Source: Nageia nagi
Lineage: Eukaryota; Plantae; Pinophyta
NCBI GenBank assembly: GCA_050084985.1
Contig: JBITNC010000001.1
Span: 130,200,001 to 130,264,000, forward strand
DNA length: 64,000 bases
Direction of reading: 5' to 3'
The notes beneath the pieces were generated by a model. The model searched no databases and was not told where the DNA came from. It saw nothing but the letters and a program-made list of their open reading frames with translations. A program made the translations under genes and the position numbers. Shown here piece by piece: positions 14,037-27,000 of the stretch (its first letter is position 1; each line of letters opens with the position of its first letter).

Positions 14037-14511
14037 TGGTAAAAGATGGAGTAGCATTACAAGGAGAAACAAATTTGTTGGATGTAGTATAAACTCATAA
14101 AAGAAAAAGCATTGACATCATTATTTATCAAGATACTCAAGAAGAAATGGGGGATAAGGTGTAAAAAGGGGGAGAAAATGTACTAGAATGGGTTGTTATG
14201 TAGTAGTGGTAGGTGAAACAAGTGGAGACAAAGATGATGATGATGAAAATGATCCAAATAAAAACAAAGACTCCAACCCAAAGGATAAGCCACCTAAAAA
14301 GGAGCCTACCATAGATGAAGAAAAAGAGGAGGAATAGGTAATACCTGCTATAGAGAGAACAACATATATTCTTGCCAAAGATACTTTAGTGTCAACCTCA
14401 TGAGTAGGTGCATCTCATCATTCTTTAATTCCTTTTTATACATCATTACAAGAGAAAATAAAAAGTATTTTTTCTACTCAAGTAGTAGAGCCCATTGATT
14501 ATGCTCCCAAA
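13173..14511 (+). repeat. Tandem duplication (~630/700-bp units) spanning the LTR end and host ORF
   Basis: caaataaaactagggtatgataat at 13173 and 13803; both units end in gcccattgattatgctcccaaa. Confidence 0.95.
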
Positions 14512-15799
14512 GCAACAAGGGGGAATTTTGAGTAAAGTGATAGAAATGGAGGATATTAAAATTACTCAAATACCTTTCAAAGAAAGGTAATTAGACATAA
14601 CCTCCATGGCTATTATAAATGTAAATATGCAGAGTATTCTAGCTATAAACCAATATAGGTTTTGGTTAACACTTCCCTAGTGGTCAATAAGAGTCTGCAA
14701 TATATGGAGAATAAAATTGAAAAAATTAATAAAAAGATTAATGCATACAAAAATGACTTCTCCTAGAAAGATAAGATGATAGCTAGGTTGTAGAATCAAA
14801 ATAAAGAATTGATTGAAAGTCTAGTCATGGAAAAGTCTAAGCATGACAAGAGCCTTGAAGAAACTAAGGTTGAACTGGAGATAATGAAGAAACAGGTTGA
14901 AGAGCTGAAAGCTCAAACTAGCTTAGTTGAAATACAAAAGGTTCAAAAGGTTGTGGAGGTGTTGAAAAAGATTGAAGCAAAAAATAAAGTTTTAAATAAT
15001 GATAAGATCAAACTACTAGAAATAATTTAGAGTTTCATAAATAGTTTAGTGGAATAGGTTAGAGAGAGGTTAGTCAGCATGATCCAACTATATAACTTAA
15101 AAAATAAAGCAAAATAGGTTGTATAATAATATAATGCCCAAACCATAATCCATAAAATGACCTTAAAATCTTAAGATCAAGGATTGAAGGGATGTAAAAT
15201 TGGCTTAACGCATAGATAGACAAGGATCTAGCTACTATAAGTCCAAGGCCAAGATAGACAATTTTGAGAAGAATAAAAGATATTTATGAATTGAAGGATT
15301 TAATGTTTGCCTTGGACTTGGAGAAAAATCAATTAAAGGTAGAGATAAGTTTTGTGAATAGATTCTTTCATTATTTAATTCAATTAAAGGCTCCCAAATT
15401 ATGGGAGAAATAAGATGTATAAGTAGTGCCAAATTATGGGAGGAAAATACTATACAATTTTTAGAGAATACCTTCTTTGAGAAACAACTCACAGACCTGC
15501 AAGAAATGAATAACCTAAATTAGGAAGCAATATCAAGATTTTTGTATGCAAGAAGATAAGAAAGTGTGTTAACAAGTTTTAGGACAAACAATGCAAAATT
15601 CCAAGTATGGCCCATTTTATCATAGGTTGATAATCAAGATATCTAAGATCTATTCAAGAAGATTTAGTATTTATTTCCTTTACATTTGATTCCATGACCA
15701 AAAACCTCTCCAAAAGATTCATTCAGGCAAGCAAATGGAAGTGACTAGTAAGGGTTCTATTCTGTAGTAGGCTGAAGATCTCGAGAGCCACTAGAAGAT

Positions 15800-17525
15800 T
15801 GTTATTCTTTGAGTATCATACCTTCTAAAGAGGGTAACATTATGTTATTCCTTCATTATTTCATTCATTTATTCTTTCTCAATAAGATCCATGCTTTTAA
15901 TTCCCCTTTATTACTTCTCTTTTATTCTTTTGTAAGTATCATAATGAGTGCATAGTCTTTATACTTAATCATTTTTGTCAAATTTTATTAAGTCTAGGAA
16001 AGTTTGGGTACTGTTGATGTTTCCAGGTTGTAGTTGATTTGTGTCATAACTTAAATTGCCCTTTTGTTGAGAGGTGGGTATTATTGTATAAATAAGTCTT
16101 TTATGTTTGTTACAATACTATTGGGTCTTCACTAGTAACTATACATAGGTATGAGGCTAAAAGGCAATTTTATTTTATCTAAGTCATATTCAAGAAATAA
16201 TGTAATATGTAAGGGAAGTAAGTATCTAAGTATAAGTTTAGGTCTTATAGGAGTTCAAATTTGCAAAATTCAATTTCTGTAGACCTGGGTACTCTTTCTA
16301 GGTAATATTATAAATATGAGTAATTATTGAGTCAAATCAATCAATAGGTAATCTTCTAGAGCCCATGGATTTCTAAAGAAAAAGTTGTACCATACACCAA
16401 AACTCAATGGGCACTAAGTTAATCCATTAATGGGTGTTATTAAGGGACCAAACAGTGAGAGATATTTTAGTGAGTCTATTCTGCATACCTCAATGATTTT
16501 GAGCGATGATGTAACACCTTTTATTGAAAATTAGTGGGTGATAAGGTAACTCCTAGTCAACTAATAGAACATGCTAGAGAAAATAAGATCTACTAAGCTA
16601 AAAAGAGAATTGTGAGATAAGGCGAACACTCAAGTCCACTTAATCAAGAGTATTTGACCCCTAGGGCTTTATCACTATGTTAATTTGACTCATTTCCACA
16701 TGGCATTAGTAGTTCTTCCTTAGGTTTTAAATTCATATCTCTCATTTTCCTCATAGTTTCTATAACCCAAAGCTACAATGATACTCATAAATGCTTACAG
16801 AGGGTTAGATGGTTTCCAACAAAGCATAGGGATATATCGTACCAATCAAGCTAGTGGATCATACTTCAATAATTAGCTACAATTGCAATAGGATATAGTT
16901 AATGATTAAGAGAATACAATTGAGAATGTACAAAGATTCAAATTTTGTAGATTCCTAGACATTATTGCTAATTGTAATAAGACACTGTGCAATTTAGCAT
17001 AGTTATAGATTGAAGTTATACATTTGTAAATAGTTCTTTATTTTTGTTCTTGGTAAATAAGGCAAGTAAGGGAAATAATGGTTGAAAATCACCTATTGTA
17101 AATATATGCTTATAAATAGTGGATTGTTAGAGGTCCAAAACATCAAACATTTTAGCAAAGTTTCTTAGTGCTAGCTCTACTTTCATATATGATATTATAG
17201 TACTTTGATATTTTTCTCTCTGCAATTTATGGTTATTATCTTGCTTTATGATTATTATGTATGAAGTTTAGTTCTAAATTTTGGTTGTGTATTGCAATTA
17301 TGAGTCACCAAGGGTAAGATACTTATTCTATTCTTAATCTTGGCAATGGATTACTGCTTGTGTTGTAATACCTAGGCTAAGTAGTTTTAGTTTGCTTTCT
17401 GCAGTTTAGATTTCAATCTCTTTCCTGTTACCTTTCATCTTTTTATCTCTTTCTAGTTACTTTTGATCTCTTTCATAGATAGGAACTGGCCTATAACTTG
17501 AATATTGAGCAAAAAACCCCCCACA
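15800..17525 (+). repeat. 3' LTR of element A
   Basis: Starts TGTTATTC, ends aaaaccccccACA; homologous to 227-1450. Confidence 0.85.
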
Positions 17526-17879
17526 AATGCACTATCCTACCACCTTCTACTCTTTGAAGAACCTTATTATTGTAGATAATGAAAAACTTGACCAAATCAA
17601 ACCTTAAGGTTACATTATACTGATCAATATTACCCTCATGGCATATGAAGAGATCCATGCCTAAGGAGATGAAGAGGATGGATGTGAGGATGAAGTAGAT
17701 AAATAAAAGATAAAGATGAAGATGAAGGTTCTTATGAATAGGATGACATCAAATTAGGATGATCGTTCATGAGAATAGTGATGAGAAAAAGATGCCCAAA
17801 TGGTATCTAAGGAGACTCAAGAGAAAATGCCAAGTTATAATGAATGAAAGGATTTAGGTCACCTATTATATAATGGATC

Positions 17880-20800
17880 ATTCTATTATATAGATATTTT
17901 AGACACCTATGTAAAGTTGATGGAACTACCTCCATATCTTCTATTCATGGGAGCCTAAGAGTAAATTATATTGCATTTTTCCCTCGACCACATGACATGT
18001 CATTGTAATCTTACTAACTCCAACCTTCATTGGGAGGATAATTGTGCCCATTTTCATTTCCAAAGTGTTTTTAAAGTTCCTAATTATGAGCTTGGGGCAT
18101 TCAAGAAACTTAATAGGGACCTTTAATCTCTCAAGTACCACATATGGTGTGATATATAATAGCTGTTTATACTCCAATTATCTATTAGCACTCTTTTTGA
18201 GGATAAGAATCCAAATAGGAACATATACAAAATGGGATTCTTTGGCTTATCAGGGTTAGAATGTGATTTCATCCAAGAAGAAGTGATGTTAGCTCTAGTA
18301 GCACTAAATAACCCTATAATCTTAAATAATTAGGTTTGTTACCATCTAACTCAATAGCTCTCAAAATATTATTTAAGGAATTCCTATGTTTGATGGATTG
18401 TTGCAATATATCCCACAAGAAAAGCTTTGTCTGTGTGGTCCAAAGTTGATGTTCCAACTATGTCTATATAGTTACAAGGGCTCTAGGGGGCTATGTCTAA
18501 ATCTATACTCAAGGTTGAGGTAATGTTTATTGAATTAATGCATCTTGAGGGGGAGGAAGAGGTGCTCTATATTTACCCTAACTCATACTGGTAGTGACCC
18601 TTATCATGTTACTATCATGGATCTCTATAATCTAATATGTTGGATGTGGATCCATGATACCTATAAAGGCAAAATATGGGGTTATATCAATACCTCTGAT
18701 AAAAGGAAAATGTGAATCTATATCATTAAAGACCATAAACTTATTGTTCTATCTCAGATTGTATTCATGTACTATTTGTTGCATCAACTCTTATAAGATA
18801 TGATTAACATTATTATTGTACCAAGGAAAAGAATTCTAAAATACACCCTAATTCCTATTAGGTTGAGCCACTAGGTTAGCTGTCGATACCTTCCCATTAT
18901 TATTTAATCTTTGAATGGTATTCCTTAACTAGTTTTACTTATTTGTATCATGCCCCTTTTGTCTATGATTAATGTAGTATTCATTTTCCTTGTACTAGGT
19001 GAGTTTCTCCCAATTAGGATCTTCTAGCTTGACTTCAAGGAGAGTGACTAGTTGTGCATTTAAGAGATTTTTCAAGACATTCTCAACAGGTCCGACCAAA
19101 GGTGTCTAAGGTTTACATGACCCTTGCTACCAAGGTTTCCTAGGCCTATAAGGATCTTATTGATTATTTTATTCATTTTTGGGCCTAGGTTGTTCCTAAT
19201 ACTATGGCTATGATAGTGCATTAGCCCTGGGTGGCCATGGTGGAGCTAACTGAATAACCGATTGAGTTTGAGAAATCTCATTAGATACTTGATTACTTTG
19301 GGATTTCTAGTATGAAGTAATAGGATTATTTCCATTATTATGGTACTTCTAATTATTATTCTCTTTCTTTCTTAACTTGATCTAGCATCTTAAATCTTAG
19401 CTTCTTCAATTAATTTGGCTTGAGCTAAATCCTCCTCAAAAGTTGAAGCTATTGTACTCTAAGGATAGAGGAGATGTGCTTGTTAAAACTTCTACAGAAT
19501 AATTTAATATCTCCTCTTAGGGTAAAGTGTAGGGCATATTTGTAACAATGGCTCTTCAGCTACATACGTAATCTGATATAGACTCATCTTCAAACTATGA
19601 GAGTTTTCCCAAGTCTATGATTGAAGCTCTCTTAAGTATATTGATGGCAAAGTGATATAAGAATTTATCAACTAATTATTCAAATGAATAAACACTATGT
19701 TGCGAGAGGTTATTATACCAATTTAGAGCTTGGCCCGCTAATGTCATGGGGAAGGTCCTAAGTATAAGCACATCATTATTACTGATAATGTAACATAAAT
19801 ACTTAAAGTAATGAAGGTGCTCTTTGGGATCTTCCTTCCCTTGAATTTTTCAATCTTAGGTACTTAAAACTTGTATGGAAAGGTTTTAGTTGGTACACTG
19901 GGATGAATTATCTCATTACAAATGGAAGCATATGATAACTTTGCCTTTCTATGCTCATTAACTTTAAGCTCTATATCCTCCAACCTCTTTAAAATCTGAT
20001 CAGTCACTATGAGAGGTTGGGTGTTAACTATAGCCTATGATTTTAGTACTATACTAATAGGCTGGTCCTCATATTGATCATATGGATCATGTTGATCATC
20101 ATAATATACATCCCAATCCTTTTTGTATGAATTTCCATAACTAGAATGTGAATCAAATGTCACATTAGGTATAAGGTTTGGAAGATTTCGATCCAAAACC
20201 CTTCCAATTAGTGGATGTTGCAACTCATGATGACCAAAAAATTGAGTGGGCCCATATGAAGAGGCTTAGGCTTATCAAGATGATTCATCATACCTAGGAT
20301 TAGAATGGGGTATGAGGGATATAAGATTGGTATATGTGTGATGAGGATCTATAGCTTGATGTGCTTATGTCTATCATGATGGTTCCACCACACAAGAAGA
20401 AGATGAATAATACAACTATGGTGGTGGATTGATTAGGCATGAGGAAGTCCCATGTCCTAAATGGACTCTATATTGACTGAATAGACAATAATGAGAGATA
20501 CTAATACATGGTATATTGGGATGGGTAGGATGAGAACTAACATGGTGAACTAACTTAAGATCATATGTAGGATGAGACATATGTTGATGACCATATTAGT
20601 TTGTAATATGGGTATCGTTATAATAATATCCAACCCAATCATCAAGAGGAGATGGAGGAGGCTTATGATACATGAGGATATGAGTCTTAGGGTTGATGGG
20701 ATGCAAAGGTGGAGGCCTAGATGGTCCACCTGAAGGTGTATGTGAAGGATCCTGAGCATACCTAATGGTGGCTAGCTTAGGATGGAAAGAGGGTTGATTG

Positions 20801-21590
20801 TATGATGCTCTAATATATGGGAGTGATATGGAATAAAATAAAGGCTCCTCATGATACAAAGTCTATGGGGGTTCATCAATAACATATCATGTGATAGGGT
20901 GGAGAGGATGTGACCTAGCATCTGGGGATGAAGAGGCATCCTCTACATGGCCATATGACATCTCTCCATCATATGGGTAGACTCTATGATGAGAGGTCTT
21001 GATACCAAGGGGTGGACAAGGTGATGGCTTTCTATTGGAAGGATCTAGATGATAACCATAAGCCTCTTAGAAATATCTATATAGACCCTAGATCATAAGG
21101 TCACTCAAAAAACTCTCACATGGGGATATGTGAGATTGGGTACGATGGAGAGGAAGATGGATAGAATTGGGTTGATGTCTAGGATCTCGAGAATCATAAT
21201 CATGATGTTGAATAGGATGAGGATCATCTTGAGGTGGATTTAACTAATGGAGGGTTGAAGGTCTCTCTAGAGAAAGGTAGTACTCTATCTTAGATAAGCT
21301 AGCCCTATGGGGCATTGCATAATCTCACCCCTCCTACCAAGGGGTAGCCTCTAAGACATGAAACCTCTCTAAAATATGAATAAATGAAAGACTTAGTGAA
21401 GCCTGTGTGTGATCATGTGGAGATGAGTGATGTGGTGTATGAGACCTACTATGTGATACCTATAAGAAGGGAAGAGGATTTGGTTGATTAACTTGATTAG
21501 CTTGGTCCTCTTCCTCTCTAGCTCAATGTTGAGACCTAGTCTCAGCCACATGAATGAACCAAGGGTTTTCATCCCTATAAGATACATGAG
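17880..21590 (-). pseudogene. gag-protease of element C
   Basis: gag GKEDPKEHLHYF..ILRTFPMTLAGQALNWYNNL (~19700-19850); zinc-knuckle-like INHRQKGHDT (~18950); protease KRVLIDN...MGTIILPMKVG...YNLLLG (17941-18200); Pro/His/Tyr-rich region upstream of gag. Confidence 0.88.
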
Positions 21591-23124
21591 TCATGGTAAT
21601 AAGAGTAGTCGACTAGCCAAAATGATAAGGATAGAATGGATAGAGAAAACAAGATCTATAAACAAAGTCCCAAGTGTACAATACAAAATTAAATAATATT
21701 AAAGCAATAAATCTCCAAGCAACAAGCCTAGAATTTTGTTAAAGATCTTATTTAATGTATATGCAATTAACACCAAAGAGCCCTAATGATTACTTCAAAG
21801 ATAATCTAAATGATAATAAGTAGTAGTGATAGATAGCATTGGTGTTTTATCTGATTTAGTTTCTTCTTATTCAATTTGAAAATTTATCTTTTTAGTGAAT
21901 AAATTTTAAATGCAAGTGTTAAGTATGACTTTTTTAGTTTTCCTAAAGATGTATCTAGTAAGGTGTTTTTAGGTAAAGCTCAATCTCTAGGGGTGTAGAT
22001 CATTTTATAGGGTGTCTCAAGTACCTCTATCTACTTCTCACCAATAGAGGGGGGATCCCAATCTTGGTGATGAAATCCAAGTATGGGTTAGGCCATGGTG
22101 ATGAAATCCATGTACCCTAGTCACTCCCTAGGCTTTTGGTGGACTTTTATTGTAAGGAAGCAAATATGAGATGCAATACTATATGATAATGCAATGCAAT
22201 TACACCTCCCAAATTCTTGCTTATAAAAATAAAATCCTAATACACTCCCATCCCACGTGTGCTAAAGGAATAAAACTTTTCTTTCCTTTTCAAATAAAAG
22301 ATAATACAAAGATAGCAATTTGAATGCACCAAAAAATCAGCAAATCAACCTCAAAAATAGCAAGGAAACCCTTATTCAAGATGTTAATTTTAAGAACCAA
22401 ACAAGATTTCCAATGTATAATACACCAATCCTCCCAAAATGTAATGCAATTTCACTAAAAGAAATGGCAATCCTATGTGAAAAGAGCAACCAAATAATAT
22501 TGACCAAGTACAAAAAGGAATCCAAAAACTCACAAAGCCCATTAGTTGAATAAAATTTACAACACTCTACCATAGGATCATCCACTACAAGGATGAATAT
22601 GGTAATAGTTCTAGTTGCTCGAGCAATTCAAATTCATCTGGAAGACCACAAGTGCACTCAAAGTCAAAATTAAAAGCTAAAATAAATAATGAAAAACCCT
22701 AGAACAAGGAAAAATGATTCATACTATGATAAGAACACCTAAATTAGTATAGATAAAACCCAACAATGGACTACTATCCCTAGTACAGATGAGATATAAG
22801 AGCAGACTAGTTCTATAGTCAAAATCATCCTTTTGTGTGGTGACTATAGGAACCGTCCAGACAACCTTAGGGTCATCCTTGTAAAGGATGATTTATAGTT
22901 AGGATTGGCTAGAAGGATGATGATTTATTGTATGCTTGTAGTGGACCTTGATGATTTTTAGATTCAACTTTGTCCATGCATAGTAAGGTATTCTACAAGT
23001 TATAGCCAAAAATTAGTCACAAATAGTCCCTGAATTGTAAGAAATATTTAAAATTTGAAACCACTAAAAATAAGGTAAAGGCTCAAAGAATTCTCTTATT
23101 TCTTGGGGTTTAGGACCAATAGGA

Positions 23125-23141
23125 TCCCATTGTGATTGCCA
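23125..23141 (-). promoter_or_regulatory. Primer binding site, tRNA-Arg type
   Basis: Plus strand tcccattgtgattgcca vs the plant tRNA-Arg(TCG) 3' end as recalled, tcccactgtggtcgcca: three transition mismatches; 2 nt from the LTR end. Confidence 0.7.
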
Positions 23142-23143
23142 TT

Positions 23144-23761
23144 TGTGAATACCTTAAAACCCTAACACATGAAACACTCAAGCCATCTATGAGCACTACA
23201 AATATTTTGAGTTGTTCAATTCTAACTTTCCTATGTTATGATTTGACAATAATGATAAAAATAAGGTTTAGAAATGGTCCTTAGTCTTCAGTGATGTCAA
23301 ATAGAGTTCAAATTTGAAAGGAAACAACAAGGATTAAAGGGGACCTCAAATCACAAGTCCTTGGGACCTTGTGATTGTCCAAAATGAGGTAGAACCCCAG
23401 TTCTACAAGGTTGTAGATCCCCTAATCCATAGTCCAATGGATGTTCACAAAGATATCAATACTTATAATGCAAATGTATTCTAGACTCATAAAGATCAAT
23501 AATAAATGCTAGCACAAAGATAATTGATAAGTGTAAATGATAAAGCTATGCTAAATATTTGCAATGTATATTTAAAGATCCAATTAAATGATAATGTATG
23601 ATAATAATGTTCACAAATTCAAAGCTAAGAATAGTAGATCTAAGCTAAGAATGTAAGTAAATCAATACATATATGCCAACCCTAGGGTTTGGACCTTAAA
23701 GGTAAAACCCTAGCCTAAAACCTAGGATGTAATTAGCCTAGACAAATTCTTATATGTCACA
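23144..23761 (-). repeat. 5' LTR of element C
   Basis: Bounded by TGTGA...TCACA inverted termini and adjacent to the PBS. Confidence 0.75.
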
Positions 23762-24082
23762 TAAATGCGAGTATATATTTAAATAAATGATATAAGTTTT
23801 TACTCAATACTACTTTGGTCTACAAAATTTGTAAATAACAATGAAAGAAAATATTAACATCTCAAGAAAAGTATCAAATAGTTAAAGAGTACTTCACTCC
23901 ATGAAAAATAGAGAAGTATGCTCAAGGAATGGAGATGGAAGCTCTTGATGTGATGTATCCTTCACAATGATCTCACAAAATGCAGGTATGAGTAGTGCAA
24001 AATATGCAAAGTCATAGAGTTCGTGTATGTTAGAGTGCAAAAGTCTAAGAAGAAGCTCAAAATATGTACCTTCTATTTTTTA

Positions 24083-27000
24083 TAATGCTCAATCAAATTT
24101 TTTTGGGTGATTATGATATCTGCAGGATCATATGGGCGATTGACAAGTAATTTGGGTGATTGGAACCAAAGGTGTTAGCAAAAATAAAAGGTCAAGACTG
24201 AGTTAATCAGTCTAGTCAAAGAACCTACACAACACACATTAGTCCAACATGATAATGTAACACATGATACATGTCAAAATGTAAATGTAACCTTGTCAAT
24301 GAAGCAAAATGCATTTTTAGGATGTTTGCACAATATATAGTTGAAATATGGTAAATGAATGAATTCTTACATAAGATTATTATGTATACATATCATAAAG
24401 AAAATTCATAATATCTAAAATTAAGAAATAATTACAACATACTACCATAAAAGGTCAAATCAAAGAAGCCATCTCAACCTCTCCATATAAAAAAGTTACA
24501 ACAAAAAATCAAACTCTTTATATTTATGTAAGAATGAATAAACTCTATAACTTAATACAAAAAATATAAAATATAAAGCTATAATATTTTTCCCAAAAAA
24601 TTATCAATTTCATCAAACTTCCATTTTAATTAAACTATCATCAATTTAATTCCCCATACATGTAAAACCTTCATGTTCATGTTGTAGAAACATAATCAAC
24701 AAACAAGTGAAATTGTCTCGATAGTCATCAAAAGGATAATCATTTATGAAATGATACAATAATTATTTGAATATTTATTCCAAAGAAAGAGGTCTATGAT
24801 ATTTCATACTTTTCCATTGCTCATAGATCTCATTTTAATGAACTGCATGTAATTCTTGAAGAGTAGGAAGAGATACAAACATTAGAGTATCTAAAGTATC
24901 TATAGATAATCTAGATTTATTAGCAATTTTTATAGAATTTATCTTTGAAAACCCCCTTTCACAAAATGTTGTACTTGCTAGAATGGTAAGAATTATTTGA
25001 TAAAGCTGCATCAAATTTGAAAATGAATCAAGGCATTCAAGTTCACCTCCAAATTATTACCATGTTGTTAATATATTTTTTGTTTGATATCCTTCATGAA
25101 GCATTTCAACAAAAGCTGGTAATTTACCCTTGTATTTTTCTACATCAATAATTGAAGAATCATTTGCATTAAACTTTTCACATAAATGTTCTAGCCATTG
25201 ACTTGTTCTTGAATCTTTTTTTTTTCATCATCAGAATACCAAAGAGGATTAAAAATATTTGTTGCATTAAATATTGGTAAATCCATAAATATTTCATTAG
25301 TGCAATCAATCACTTTATGTACAACTGTTTTACCCAAAGTTATGCAATCATCAATAGTACCCAATCCAAGTTTGATGGATTCAAATCATAAGCTATGGAT
25401 ATGAAAAACCTAAATTATTAGCAAATATTAAATCTTCATCTTTAGTACTCTTCAAAAATGATGATATATATTGAGTACCTACACCAAATTATTTCTCAGA
25501 AACCTTTTCTAAAGAAGAATAACAAAAATTTCTAGATGAGTGCTAATAGAAGTAATATAAATATGGTCCTATTGAAACTTTTGACTCAATTTATTTAGCT
25601 TAGATAAAATATCAACAAGTAAATTAGTGTAAAATTGAACTTGAAAAATAGTCCCCATTTGATACATTTTTTATTCATTTTGTTTCCAATCATGTAATAA
25701 TGTCAACATGATTTTGACCAATCTTTTCATAACCTATCGTTGTGAAAGCATCAAACTAAATGAATTTGAAGCATTGATAAATTTTCTACTTGAAATTGAT
25801 CCATTAAATTTTTAAGTTCTCCATATCTTTTTGCAAATTTTCCTAATCATGCATATATTTTGTTTGCCAATTTTTTCACATACTCAAATTCTAGAAAATG
25901 ACTTGAAGAATCTATTATAGCTAATGCCTCATGATGTGTAATACAACAAATTGATAATAAATGAGGCACATCACAAGTTAACTTAACACATAATCCATCA
26001 CAAATACCCCTCATAGCTAAAGCTCCATCTGATCCAAACCCTATCATATTTTGTTTTGATAATTTCGTCTGCAATAACAAATCATTTACTGAATCATACA
26101 TAGACTATGTTTTTCCATATTGAATTTTAAGATGTTTAATGAATTTAGTCACTACTAGTCCCTTTCCACCATCCACCAAATATGTTATATATGTTATCAA
26201 ATGTTGATCCATATTTTTATCAGTGCTTTTATCTAATAAAATAGAATAAAAAGGATTAGAAAATATTTTTGCTTTTAACTTCTCCCAATAAAACTCTTTT
26301 GTTGTAAGTAAAAATTATTTACCATATGTAGTATTGGTGAATGATAAAAAATCATATGTAAATGGCATATTGGGAGTAGCTTTGTACCTATGCAAGTCAC
26401 ATAAGTCCTTATAAATCTCTAAAGGAAGATCTTTTATTGCCACCAAAACATTATTTCTATAACATTGATTATACTTGAATTTTTAGCTTCTACCATGATA
26501 TCTACATGTTTAAAAATGGATAGAAAAGCCTTATTTTTTTCAAGCTCTAATGTTCTTCACCTTGTGGACCAACTATTGGATATACCTAGTTATGTAAAAG
26601 TTTCCATGTAGGCCTAAAGGATCTTTTAACAACTACCTTTCCTTTCTTTAAAGGATGATATGGATCTTCATCAACATTTTCATCAACTTCCAAATCTATA
26701 TTTTCATTTGTACAAGTAGTTTTTTGTTTCAACTTAAATGCATTCAAAATATTTATTTGTTTTCCATCTTTCTTCAGCCTACCAATTCTAGAAATTTTTG
26801 TTATCTATATAAAAAAATTAATTAGGAAAAAAATCATCATTTGCATATTACACAATTTTTTTTACATTTATTCTCCTTAATACATATATGAGTAAAAATC
26901 AAAATTAACAACTATTTATAATAAAATAAAATTATTAATGTTAAATTTAATATTAAATTAAATTTATACAAAACATTTACATTTATATATTTGCACTTAT

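Larger units (their letters stand above)
7400..15790 (+). pseudogene. Additional sense-strand ORF downstream of pol, unknown function, split by insertion at ~9600-14036
   Basis: Protein-like frames between INT and the 3' LTR: DFPTFISNEV..HSSYLWWLI (8079-8261), GDWYFLKNHKIIIRY (~8455), YDPVGYI (8738), an acidic/Pro-Lys linker (14040-14500) and a coiled-coil segment (14809-15030). Confidence 0.65.
227..17525 (+). mobile_element. Ty3/Gypsy LTR retrotransposon, Tat lineage with additional RNase H between protease and RT (element A), decayed
   Basis: Two homologous LTR copies (227-1450 and 15800-17525) flank degenerate gag, PR, aRH, RT (YLDD), RH and INT, followed by an extra ORF. No clear TSD. 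Confidence 0.9.
17526..23761 (-). mobile_element. Ty3/Gypsy Ogre/Tat-like LTR retrotransposon, 5' half (element C)
   Basis: On the minus strand: LTR (23144-23761), tRNA-Arg PBS, long leader, gag and protease. Cut off by element A at 17525. Confidence 0.85.

Noticed and set aside
23677-23726. aaccctag motifs as interstitial telomere
   Set aside because: Only a few scattered telo-box-like motifs inside an LTR, with no TTTAGGG array.
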